NCBI GenBank assembly: GCA_017881545.1
Contig: JADGQU010000001.1
Location: forward strand, 32,484-96,483
Origin: Gemmatimonadaceae bacterium
Lineage (GTDB): Bacteria > Gemmatimonadota > Gemmatimonadetes > Gemmatimonadales > Gemmatimonadaceae
DNA: 64,000 nt
Direction of reading: 5' to 3'
Each line of letters opens with the position of its first letter. Position 1 is the first letter of the stretch. The notes below the pieces were generated by a model, which was not told where the DNA came from, made no database searches, and worked only from the letters and a program-made list of their open reading frames with translations. Made by a program: the position numbers and the translations under genes. Below, in pieces: positions 37,499-46,723 of the stretch.

Positions 37499-38137
37499 AT
37501 GGCTAACATCGTCCGTAAGCAAACAGTATCGGTGGAAGGGCCGAGCATCAGGGAGCGCCTACAGGCGATGGATGACTCAGCCGTCGTGACTTCATTCCTT
37601 GGTGGAGAGGAGCGCGCGTTCTCGGAACTGGTCACGCGTTACCAGACCCGTCTCCTGAACTTCGTATACCGCACGATCGGGGACCGGGAGAAGGCGGAAG
37701 ATCTGGTGCAGGAGGTATTCATTCGTGTCTACCGTCACCTGCATCGCTTCGACCGCTCGAAGAAATTCTCGACCTGGGTCTACACGATCGCCTCGAACCT
37801 GGCGAAGAACGAGCTGCGCAACCGCTCGCGTAATCCTCTGGTTCTCTTCCAGACGGTCCAGAAGAACTTCCAGGACGATGATCGTCCCTTGCAGTTCGAG
37901 GATACGACCTCCCGTCCGGATGACATGTACCGCAAGCGCCATCTGAGGGAGATCGTCGAGGAGAGCGTTGCCAAGCTTCCAGAGCACCACAGGAATGTGT
38001 TCGTCCTGCGCGAGCTCGAGGGCAAGTCCTACGAAGAGATTGCTGAGATCACTGATTGCAATCTGGGGACGGTCAAATCCCGTCTTAACCGGGCAAGGAA
38101 TTCGTTCGCGGAAATCATTGCCCCATATGTAGATTAG
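37499..38137 (+). CDS. ECF RNA polymerase sigma factor
   Basis: AEDLVQEVF, FSTWVY-x-IA-x-N, SYEEIAEI...GTVKSRLNRAR; AGGAG Shine-Dalgarno before ATG 37499. Confidence 0.95.
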   Translation: MANIVRKQTVSVEGPSIRERLQAMDDSAVVTSFLGGEERAFSELVTRYQTRLLNFVYRTIGDREKAEDLVQEVFIRVYRHLHRFDRSKKFSTWVYTIASNLAKNELRNRSRNPLVLFQTVQKNFQDDDRPLQFEDTTSRPDDMYRKRHLREIVEESVAKLPEHHRNVFVLRELEGKSYEEIAEITDCNLGTVKSRLNRARNSFAEIIAPYVD

Positions 38138-38203
38138 GTCCGACGGTTCGGGAACAGGCCCTCCACTCGTGGGTACCTGTTACCGAACCCTCAACCTATC
38201 TAA

Positions 38204-38740
38204 ATGGATTGTCGCGAGTTTTGTGATCAGCACGTTGCTTTTGTAGACGATACCCTTGCCGGGATCGAGCTGGTTCGCATGCAGCACCACATCGCTGAAT
38301 GTGAGGACTGCGCGAAGCACGATGCGAAGATCCGCCGAGCACTGCTGCTCTTCAGAAATCTTCCTTGCATAGAGCCATCTGCTGACTTTTCCAAGCGGCT
38401 CGAAGCGCGTCTCAGGGAATGTGAAAGCGACCATTTGCTGGCAGCCACTCAGCGCAACCTCAGGCGTGGCGCAGTCGCCGCGACGTTAGCCAGCGCGGCC
38501 ATGCTCGGATACATAGCGACAACGCTGTACCACCGCACTGATGCTCCGCGTGATCTCGTAATGGCACCCGTGTTCGCAACCATTCCGGAGCCGGAGTTAA
38601 CGCCAATTGCGACGTCGACACCGGCCATAGTCGCGTCTGTTACAGCGGGCCTGACTATCTGGCCAGCAGCTCTGTTTGCGGAGCAGGCTCCGGTGCGGTT
38701 TGCCCACTCCAAGCTCGAGCTGACGAACTACACGCGTTAG
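38204..38740 (+). CDS. Zinc-binding (zf-HC2) anti-sigma factor
   Basis: MDC...H-IAE-C-ED-C (HxxxCxxC) followed by a TM segment; directly downstream of the ECF sigma gene. Confidence 0.88.
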   Translation: MDCREFCDQHVAFVDDTLAGIELVRMQHHIAECEDCAKHDAKIRRALLLFRNLPCIEPSADFSKRLEARLRECESDHLLAATQRNLRRGAVAATLASAAMLGYIATTLYHRTDAPRDLVMAPVFATIPEPELTPIATSTPAIVASVTAGLTIWPAALFAEQAPVRFAHSKLELTNYTR

Positions 38741-38788
38741 CATTCGAGAGCCATCGGCAGCCCAGTAGGGTGGCCGTATATTTCGAGG

Positions 38789-39850
38789 ATGTCCGCATCC
38801 TCTCTCAAAACAGTTCGTGATGCGATCAAGCGCCGGTCATTCGACGGCGCTTATTACATCTGGGGGGAGGACGAGTATCAAAAGGACGATGCCGTCCGGG
38901 ATCTCGCCAACGCCGGCCTGGAGGCTGGAGCCAGGGACTTCAACCTGGATACGCGACGATCAGCCGAACTCGACGCCGAGACCCTAGGAGTCCTCCTCTC
39001 GACGCCGCCAATGATGGCGGAGAGGCGTGTGATCGTGCTCCGGGAGGTGGATGCCCTCAAGAAAGACGCTCGCAAGGTCCTCGATGAATACCTGACACAT
39101 CCCGCGCCCGATTTGCTGCTCCTCATGACCGGAGCAGCTGGCTCCAAACCGGATGCGACGCTCTCGTCCTCGAGTACGTCGCTCCGATTCGACCTCCTCA
39201 GTGGCGATCGGATTCCAAGGTGGATCGCGCACAAAGCGACCAGTGAATTCGGAGTCAAGATCAGCGAGGCGGCTATTGAGCTCCTTCAGGCCGCGGTTGG
39301 CAACGACCTGCATCAACTGTCGGGAGAGCTGGACAAGCTGGCGAGTTATGTCGCGGGTCATGGCGAGGAGATTGGTGAGGATGCCGTGGCAGCGGTCGTG
39401 GGAGTGCGGCGCGGCGAGACACAGGCTGATTTGCTCGACGCGATAGCCGATCGGAACGCCCCTCGCGCCCTCGGGCTGATCTCCCACGTACTGACTCAGC
39501 CGAAAACAACGGGCGTTTCAATCGTCATGGCATTATCGACACAGATGCTCGCCATCTCGTGGGGGCGCGCCAGACTGGATGAAGGCCTCTCGAGGGCCCG
39601 CCTGGCCCAGGAATACTCCGGCTTTCTGAATGAGACGCGAGCCTTTACGGGCCGGCCATGGGGATCGGCAACTGCCGTCTGGTCTCGTGCCGCGGAACGC
39701 TGGAGCCGCGAATCGCTAGATCGCGCACTCGACTCTCTGCTCGAGGCAGACGTAGCGCTGAAGGAGAGCAGAGTCTCGTCCGAAGAACAATTGCTGGCTA
39801 CCGTAGTACTCAGCCTGTGCGCAGCCGACGAAAGAAGCGCTGCCGCATGA
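38789..39850 (+). CDS. holA: DNA polymerase III delta subunit
   Basis: YYIWGEDEY, DFN, TPPMMAERRVIV, ELDKL, LLEAD-x-x-LK. Confidence 0.92.
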   Translation: MSASSLKTVRDAIKRRSFDGAYYIWGEDEYQKDDAVRDLANAGLEAGARDFNLDTRRSAELDAETLGVLLSTPPMMAERRVIVLREVDALKKDARKVLDEYLTHPAPDLLLLMTGAAGSKPDATLSSSSTSLRFDLLSGDRIPRWIAHKATSEFGVKISEAAIELLQAAVGNDLHQLSGELDKLASYVAGHGEEIGEDAVAAVVGVRRGETQADLLDAIADRNAPRALGLISHVLTQPKTTGVSIVMALSTQMLAISWGRARLDEGLSRARLAQEYSGFLNETRAFTGRPWGSATAVWSRAAERWSRESLDRALDSLLEADVALKESRVSSEEQLLATVVLSLCAADERSAAA

Positions 39851-39870
39851 GTCAATAGGAGAGTGGTGAG

Positions 39871-41049
39871 ATGTCTAGATGGAAGAACCTTTTCTGCGTA
39901 CCGCTATTTTGCGTCGCGACGCTGGGAGCTGCTCAAGTTCCGGCGGCGCGAGTCGCCGATCCGGTTTTTGTGAGGGCTCAGACGCTGGTGAGTGATGGCA
40001 ATGGGGTGGCGGGGAGAGCGCTGATCGATTCCGTGATTGCCGCGACGTCGCCCACTGCCCGGTTGTATCCTGAGGCCCTGTTCTGGCGCGCATCGCTGGC
40101 AGCGAATGCCGCGGATGCAGAGAGTGATTACAAGCACATAGTGGTGGACTATCCACTGGCCCCCCAAGCGGAGGACGCATTGCTACGCCTGGCGCAGCTC
40201 GAGCTCGCGCGCGGCGACCGCGATGGCGCACTCGGCCATCTACAGCGGATTCCACGAGACTACCCGCGGAGCAAATCACTTGCGAGAGCCAGCTACTGGA
40301 CGGCTCGGGTACTGTTTGAAAAGAATGACATCCCGAATGCCTGTGTGGCCAATGCAAATGCCCTGGCGCAAGCAGATGCCTCGGAAGTGGAGCTGAAGAA
40401 TCAGATACAGTATCAGGGTCAGCGCTGTCCGTCGGCCGCAGCAGTTGCAGCGGTGAGCTCGCCGGCGACAGGTGTGACCGCAAATACCCCAGCGATTTCG
40501 GTAACCGCTCCTGCTGTGCCCTCTGGCAACTCCGGGAGCACGTCCAGCCCGAGCTCGGCGCCACCGACATCGGTCACACCTCCTGAGAAGCAAAAGCCTG
40601 CAGTCATCGAGACCGCATCTCGAGCAGCAACGGCGTCATCAGCGCCAAAGACAGTCGTCCAGGCTCCGCGTCCGAAGCCACCAGCCGAAGCCAACGATTC
40701 GAAGCCGAGCATCGTCGATCCGGCGAAGGCGCCTAAAGCAGCAGTAGAAAAAGTTGCGGCGAAGCCAACCGCCGCAGTAGAAAAAGTCGCGGCGAAACCA
40801 AGCGTCACCATCTCACACGGAAGTGGCTACTCGGTCCAGGTGGCTGCCTACAAACACAAACCCGAAGCCGATAAACTCGCCGCGGCCCTGAGCAAGCGCG
40901 GCTACTCAGCGCAAGTCGACGGATCGGTTGCGCCGTGGTTCCGAGTCCGAATCGGGCGATATGCAACCGAGAAGGAAGCGGAAGACGCACTCAGGAAGAT
41001 CAAAGCCAATCACATGGAAGGTTTCGTAGTACGGGCGTCCGAACGGTGA
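39871..41049 (+). CDS. Periplasmic TPR + SPOR domain protein
   Basis: Signal peptide, YP-x-x-P-x-A-x-x-A TPR repeats, Pro/Ala/Ser linker, SPOR motifs YSVQVAA...WFRVRIG. Confidence 0.88.
   Translation: MSRWKNLFCVPLFCVATLGAAQVPAARVADPVFVRAQTLVSDGNGVAGRALIDSVIAATSPTARLYPEALFWRASLAANAADAESDYKHIVVDYPLAPQAEDALLRLAQLELARGDRDGALGHLQRIPRDYPRSKSLARASYWTARVLFEKNDIPNACVANANALAQADASEVELKNQIQYQGQRCPSAAAVAAVSSPATGVTANTPAISVTAPAVPSGNSGSTSSPSSAPPTSVTPPEKQKPAVIETASRAATASSAPKTVVQAPRPKPPAEANDSKPSIVDPAKAPKAAVEKVAAKPTAAVEKVAAKPSVTISHGSGYSVQVAAYKHKPEADKLAAALSKRGYSAQVDGSVAPWFRVRIGRYATEKEAEDALRKIKANHMEGFVVRASER
40738..40803 (+). repeat. In-frame 33-bp tandem duplication
   Basis: Encodes AAVEKVAAKPT / AAVEKVAAKPS in the SPOR-protein linker. 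Confidence 0.9.
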
Positions 41050-43679
41050 GCCGCGGCGCATCAACACCGTTGATGCAGCAGTACCGGGAGATCAAGTCGC
41101 GTCATCAAGACGCGATTCTGTTCTTCCGGATGGGTGATTTCTACGAAATGTTTTACGAAGATGCGGAAGTAGCTTCGAGAACACTCGGCCTCACGCTCAC
41201 ATCCAGGAACAATGGAGGCGCGAGCGCCGTGCCCCTGGCCGGGGTTCCAGTCAAAGCAGCCGGTGAGTACCTCCGTCGATTGATCCAGCACGGATTCCGG
41301 GTCTCGATCTGCGAGCAAACCGAAGATCCGAAGTTTGCCAAGGGCATCGTGAAGCGTGAAGTGGTGGAGACCATTACTCCCGGTGCAGCGTTCTCCGACG
41401 ATCTGCTCGATGGCACTCGCAACAACTATCTGTGCGCGCTCAACCGGGACGGCGATTCGGTGGGAATCGCGGCGGCCGATCTTTCGACAGGTGAGCTCAG
41501 GCTCACGGCGACGGGAATCCGTGACTTGGAGTCCGCGCTATCGCGATTCACTCCGCGAGAAGTGATTCTCCCGCGTGGCGAGACACTCACTCAAATTCTG
41601 AAGGGCCCGGCGGGTGAGGAAGGGCCGATGGTAACCGAGCGCGAAGCCTGGGAATTCGACAGCGCGCTTGGCCGTGATCAGCTGGTTGAACATTTTCGGG
41701 TGAGCTCGCTCGAGGCATTTGGGATCGAGAGCGGAGATGGCGCAGCCGTTGGGGCAGCGGGGGCGTTGCTCCGCTATCTCAATGAGCTGCAGCCGTCCGG
41801 CATGTCGCATCTCGCCCGCCCAAGAATCGACCGACCGGGCGGCATTCTGCCTCTCGACGAGATGACGCGGCGAAATCTCGAGCTGGTCGAGTCGATGCGC
41901 GGTGCGGAAACTTCGGGAACACTTCTCGGAGTTCTCGACCGTACCCTCACGCCGATGGGGGCGCGGTTGCTGCGGCAATGGCTACTTGCTCCCCTCGTCA
42001 ATCGAGTCGACATCGATGCGAGACTCGGCGCCGTAGATGCGCTTGGCGACGGTCTCATTCGGGGCGCGATGCGAGAGGCTCTCGATGGTGTGCGCGACAT
42101 CGAACGGCTAGCGGGAAAGGCAGCGGCTGGTCGCGCCTCGCCACGCGAGCTGCGAGCACTTGGCGATTCAATCGCACGTCTACCCTCCGTCGAATCCGCG
42201 CTGGAACGAGCTCGAGCGGCGGCAACACCCGAAAATGATGCCGCGTTCGGCAGACACGCCAGCGTGTGGGATGGCTGTGGAGATCTCTCCGATGAGATCA
42301 TCCGAACACTCGTCGACAGACCGCCGGTCACGATCGGGGATGAGTCGAGCGTACGCGACGGGGTCGACAGCAAACTGGACGAATGGAGAGCTCTGCGCGA
42401 CGGTGGAAAGGATGCCATTGCCAGGATTCAGGCTGAGGAACGCGCCCGAACCGGCATCAACTCGCTCAAGGTCGGCTACAACAAAATATTCGGTTATTTC
42501 ATAGAGGTGACGAACACCAACGTGCATCTCGTTCCGAGCGACTACCAGCGGCGGCAGACGCTGGCGGGAGCGGAGCGGTATGTAACTCCTTCGCTTAAGG
42601 AATACGAAGAGCGTGTCCTTACGGCAGCGGAGCGAGTAGAGGAAAGGGAGCGTGAACTATTCGAGACGCTACGCTCGCGAGTCGGAGGCCAGATCGTTCG
42701 AATGCAGGCGGCTGCACAGATAGTCGCCGAGCTCGATGTGCTCGCGTCGCTGGCCGAGGTCGCAGCGAGGGAGGGTTACGTGCGTCCGCTGCTCACCGAT
42801 GATTTCGCGCTCGAGATAACAGCTGGGCGGCATCCAGTAGTAGAGCGGATGATGCCGCGCGAGAAATTCATTCCCAACGACATCGCACTCACCGAAGATG
42901 CGCGGATGATCATTCTCACCGGACCGAACATGGCGGGGAAATCGACGGTGCTCCGCCAGGTCGGCCTGATTGTGCTGATGGCGCAGATTGGGAGTTTCGT
43001 ACCGGCAACCCGGGCACGGATCGGCGTCGTCGATCGCCTCTTCACACGGGTTGGGGCGAGCGACAATCTCGTGCGGGGCCAATCAACCTTCATGGTCGAG
43101 ATGTCGGAAACGAGCGCCATTCTTCACACCGCGACGCGGCGAAGCCTGGTCCTGCTCGATGAGATTGGGCGTGGCACTTCGACGTATGACGGAATCTCGA
43201 TCGCGTGGTCGGTGAGCGAACATCTGCACAACGCTGTCGGGTGCAAGACGATCTTCGCGACGCACTATCATGAGCTGACGCAGCTGGCGGACAATTTAGT
43301 AGCAGTGCGAAACTATAACGTCCAAGTGCGTGAGGTCGGGGACCAGGTGCTTTTTCTCCATCGTCTACAGCCAGGCGGTGCCGATCGTTCGTATGGAATC
43401 GAGGTGGGCAGGCTGGCGGGGCTTCCCCCCACGGTTATAAAGCGGGCAACAGAGCTGCTGAGGCTGCTCGAAGCGGAACAGATCGTGCCTCGAACGGGAC
43501 GCGCATCGCCGGTGCCGGCAGACGCTGGTGATAGCCAGCTGGCACTGTTTGGGGTGATGCCGCATCCTGTCGTGCAACAACTGAGAAACGTGGACCCGAA
43601 TGCGATGACCCCAATTCAAGCACTCGAGCTGCTCGCCCGACTTGTCGATGAAGTCAAGCAAGAGGGAGGATCAGCTTGA
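41046..43679 (+). CDS. mutS: DNA mismatch repair protein MutS
   Basis: TPLMQQY, FFRMGDFYE, TGPNMAGKST, STFMVEM, DEIGRGT, FATHYHEL. GTG start overlaps the SPOR gene stop (GTGA). Confidence 0.98.
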   Translation: MSRGASTPLMQQYREIKSRHQDAILFFRMGDFYEMFYEDAEVASRTLGLTLTSRNNGGASAVPLAGVPVKAAGEYLRRLIQHGFRVSICEQTEDPKFAKGIVKREVVETITPGAAFSDDLLDGTRNNYLCALNRDGDSVGIAAADLSTGELRLTATGIRDLESALSRFTPREVILPRGETLTQILKGPAGEEGPMVTEREAWEFDSALGRDQLVEHFRVSSLEAFGIESGDGAAVGAAGALLRYLNELQPSGMSHLARPRIDRPGGILPLDEMTRRNLELVESMRGAETSGTLLGVLDRTLTPMGARLLRQWLLAPLVNRVDIDARLGAVDALGDGLIRGAMREALDGVRDIERLAGKAAAGRASPRELRALGDSIARLPSVESALERARAAATPENDAAFGRHASVWDGCGDLSDEIIRTLVDRPPVTIGDESSVRDGVDSKLDEWRALRDGGKDAIARIQAEERARTGINSLKVGYNKIFGYFIEVTNTNVHLVPSDYQRRQTLAGAERYVTPSLKEYEERVLTAAERVEERERELFETLRSRVGGQIVRMQAAAQIVAELDVLASLAEVAAREGYVRPLLTDDFALEITAGRHPVVERMMPREKFIPNDIALTEDARMIILTGPNMAGKSTVLRQVGLIVLMAQIGSFVPATRARIGVVDRLFTRVGASDNLVRGQSTFMVEMSETSAILHTATRRSLVLLDEIGRGTSTYDGISIAWSVSEHLHNAVGCKTIFATHYHELTQLADNLVAVRNYNVQVREVGDQVLFLHRLQPGGADRSYGIEVGRLAGLPPTVIKRATELLRLLEAEQIVPRTGRASPVPADAGDSQLALFGVMPHPVVQQLRNVDPNAMTPIQALELLARLVDEVKQEGGSA

Positions 43680-44227
43680 GGAACATGAGACTGAGCTTCA
43701 TGGCGCTGGCGATCGTTGCCGGGTGCAAGAACGGAGACGGCTCGAGTCTGCCATTTCAAACAGTTGGCAGGCAACCGGACGTTGCGCCGGTGATGCTCAA
43801 CAAGGAGCTGCCCTTCCGCTATCCGCCGGCGCTGTACGCGCAGAAAGTTCAGGGGAACGTCACGCTCCGCATTTTCATCGACCGGGAGGGAGCGATCGTA
43901 TCCGACTCGACACGCATCGCGGAAACCTCCGGTTTCACCGCGCTTGATTCGGCGGCGATGAAGGGCTCGCGAGACCTGAAGTTCGAGCCGGCAAAGACAC
44001 AGGGCCAGGCGGTGCCGGTATCCATTCTTTTGCCCGTGTTCTTCCGTCACCCCGATGCGCCACCACTAGCCGGCGATTCGATCATCCCGCGCGACTCCTC
44101 GACTACGACCAGCACCGCCAGCCCGACCGATACGGCGAAGACGGACACAGCCAAGGCTTCTGCATCCAAGACAGCAGCGAAGCCGGCCGTGCGGAAAGCG
44201 ACGACAAAACGCAGAACGACTCGCTGA
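43676..44227 (+). CDS. TonB C-terminal-domain protein (lipoprotein-like)
   Basis: YP-x-x-x-x-x-x-x-VQG-x-V...SG-x-x-x-LD-x-AA...FEPA; IVAG-C lipobox-like N-terminus. Confidence 0.82.
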   Translation: MRNMRLSFMALAIVAGCKNGDGSSLPFQTVGRQPDVAPVMLNKELPFRYPPALYAQKVQGNVTLRIFIDREGAIVSDSTRIAETSGFTALDSAAMKGSRDLKFEPAKTQGQAVPVSILLPVFFRHPDAPPLAGDSIIPRDSSTTTSTASPTDTAKTDTAKASASKTAAKPAVRKATTKRRTTR

Positions 44228-45621
44228 TGAAGCACGAACGCAACCGCGAGCCCTACGACAACGTTCTCGAGACCATCGGTTGGACGCCGCTGATCAGGCT
44301 GAACCAGGTCACGCGCGGAATCCGCACTCCCGTTTATGCAAAGGCGGAATTCTTCAATCCAGGCGGCTCGGTTAAGGATCGAATCGGTCTCCCGATCATC
44401 GAGCGGGCGGAAAAGGAAGGGAAGCTCAAACCGGGCGGGACGATAGTCGAAGGCACGAGCGGGAATACAGGCGTCGGCCTCGCGATCGCAGCGGCACTCC
44501 GCGGATACAAATGCATCTTCACCATGCCGGACAAGATGTCTCAGGAAAAGGTCCGCCTGCTCAAAGCATTCGGCGCAGAGGTCATCATTACGCCGACGGC
44601 GGTTCCACCTGATCATCCCGACAATTACGTGATGATGGCAAAGCGGATCGCGAGTGAGACCCCGAACGCCATCCTCGCCGATCAGTTCTACAACGATGCG
44701 AACCCGGAAGCTCATTACGCGACGACGGGTCCCGAGCTGTGGCAGCAGACCGGTGGCAGGATCACACACTTCGTAGCGTCGGCGGGGACGGGTGGGACGC
44801 TCACTGGCGCCGGCCGCTACCTTAAGGAGCGCAGCAAGAAGGTAAAGGTGATTGCGGGTGACCCTGCCGGCTCGATACTGGCCGAGTACTGGCGGAGTAA
44901 GGGAAAAAACAAGATCGAGGGGACGCCGTACAAGATCGAAGGAATCGGGCAGGACAAGCTTCCCGGCACGCTCGACATGAGCGTGATCGACGAGTACCAC
45001 ACCGTGAGCGACAAGGAATCCTTCGCGATGGCAAGGCGTCTCACCCGCGAGGAAGGCCTGTTCGTTGGCGGATCATCCGGACTCATAACATCGGTAGCAC
45101 TCAAGATCGCGCGTGAGATCGATGATCCGAACGCGATGGTGGTGACCGTCCTGTGCGACACGGGTGAACGCTATCTCTCCAAGCTCTATAGCGACGAGTG
45201 GATGCGCGAGAACCAGATGCTCGACGTCCCCAAGGTTGCACTCCACAGCGTGCTCGGCAGAAAGAATGGCGTCGCGCCCGCGGTAGTGAGCGTCCCGCCG
45301 GGCGCGACCGTGCGGCAGGCAATCGGCCTCATGAGTCTGCACGATGTCTCACAGCTTCCCGTCATGGATGGCGCGAACTGCGTGGGATCGGTGAGCGACT
45401 GGTCGGTTTCGCAGAAGAGTCTGGAGAATCCAAAGCTGCTCGATACGACTGTCAGCGAGATCATGGATTCGCCGTTCCCGATGGTGGCGTCGGATCAGCC
45501 GGTGGACAGCGTGGTGAAGCTGCTGTCGAAGGCAAATCCCGCGGTTCTGGTGCAGGAGCATGGGGTCGTCCAGGGGATCGTCACGCGATCCGACATGCTC
45601 CATTACATGATGTCTCGATAG
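44227..45621 (+). CDS. Cystathionine beta-synthase (PLP domain + C-terminal CBS pair)
   Basis: NPGGSVKDR, TSGNTG, GTGGT, EGIG, D-x-G-x-RYLSK, followed by two CBS domains. Confidence 0.9.
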   Translation: MKHERNREPYDNVLETIGWTPLIRLNQVTRGIRTPVYAKAEFFNPGGSVKDRIGLPIIERAEKEGKLKPGGTIVEGTSGNTGVGLAIAAALRGYKCIFTMPDKMSQEKVRLLKAFGAEVIITPTAVPPDHPDNYVMMAKRIASETPNAILADQFYNDANPEAHYATTGPELWQQTGGRITHFVASAGTGGTLTGAGRYLKERSKKVKVIAGDPAGSILAEYWRSKGKNKIEGTPYKIEGIGQDKLPGTLDMSVIDEYHTVSDKESFAMARRLTREEGLFVGGSSGLITSVALKIAREIDDPNAMVVTVLCDTGERYLSKLYSDEWMRENQMLDVPKVALHSVLGRKNGVAPAVVSVPPGATVRQAIGLMSLHDVSQLPVMDGANCVGSVSDWSVSQKSLENPKLLDTTVSEIMDSPFPMVASDQPVDSVVKLLSKANPAVLVQEHGVVQGIVTRSDMLHYMMSR

Positions 45622-45639
45622 CCAAGGAAATTCGGTCGA

Positions 45640-46638
45640 ATGAAGATTACAGTATTCATGGGCGGCACGTCGTCCGAGCGAAACGTCTCGCTCGCGTCAG
45701 GAATTCGGATCATGCAGGCATTGCGAGAGCGCGGGCACAAGGTGACGGGTCTCGATCCGGCGCGCGGGGTGATCAGTGCAACCGAAGAACGCGAGCTGAG
45801 CACGGGCAAGGTTGGAGCGGCACCACCGTCGCTGGAAACGCTATCAAAAGTCGCGGAGGGATCATTCCTCCCGAATCTCACTTCGATGAAGGAAGTGAAA
45901 GAAGCAGATGTCGCCTTCCTCGCGCTTCATGGTGGCCAGGGAGAGGATGGGACCATTCAGGCTTTGCTGGACATGGCGCACGTGAAGTACACCGGGAGCG
46001 GACATCTCGCGAGCGCCCTGGCCATGGACAAGGATCTGTCGAAAATACTTTTCCGCGCGGCGGACGTAAAAACTGCGGATTGGCTGATGACGCCAGTGAC
46101 GATCGAACAGGTTGAAGGGATGCTCGGGCTTCCGGTGGTCGTCAAACCGTCGAAAGAGGGATCCACGGTTGGTCTAACGCTGGTGAAAAAGCGCGGGGAT
46201 CTTATCGCCGCCATCGAGGAAGCGAGCAAGTACGATAGCGAAGTGATGGTCGAGCGATTCGTTCCTGGCCGCGAGCTGACGGTCGGGGTGCTCGGTGACG
46301 TGGCGCTGCCGGTTGGAGAGATCATCCCCAAGCACGAGATCTACGACTACGAGTGCAAGTACACGGCAGGCATGGCGGTGGAGGAGTTTCCGGCGAAACT
46401 GTCACGCGAGGCTACTGAAAAGGTTCAGCAGCAGGCACTGGCGGCGTTCCGGTCGCTCAAGCTCCGGGGGTACGCCCGCATTGATTTCAGGCTCACCACC
46501 GAGGGCGAGTTCTACTGCCTCGAGGCAAACACGTTGCCCGGGATGACCGAGCTCAGTCTGATACCTCAAGGAGCGGCGGCGATGGGAATCACCTTCCCCG
46601 AGCTATGCGAGCGGATCGTAAAACTCGCACTCGAATAG
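45640..46638 (+). CDS. ddl: D-alanine--D-alanine ligase
   Basis: GG-x-S-x-ER-x-VS, LHG-x-x-GEDG, YDYECKY, EANTLPGMT. Confidence 0.96.
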   Translation: MKITVFMGGTSSERNVSLASGIRIMQALRERGHKVTGLDPARGVISATEERELSTGKVGAAPPSLETLSKVAEGSFLPNLTSMKEVKEADVAFLALHGGQGEDGTIQALLDMAHVKYTGSGHLASALAMDKDLSKILFRAADVKTADWLMTPVTIEQVEGMLGLPVVVKPSKEGSTVGLTLVKKRGDLIAAIEEASKYDSEVMVERFVPGRELTVGVLGDVALPVGEIIPKHEIYDYECKYTAGMAVEEFPAKLSREATEKVQQQALAAFRSLKLRGYARIDFRLTTEGEFYCLEANTLPGMTELSLIPQGAAAMGITFPELCERIVKLALE

Positions 46639-46666
46639 ATTCCGCGGAGAAATAGGTTTCGCGGGC

Positions 46667-46693
46667 GGAACCCTTCGCCGAGCGCTGGGTCTT
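46667..46693 (+). promoter_or_regulatory. Putative ECF (sigmaE-like) promoter upstream of the rhomboid gene
   Basis: GGAAC-N17-GTCTT. Confidence 0.45.
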
Positions 46694-46723
46694 AGGATGT
46701 AGGTCTCTTAGCCGCAGGTCTGC

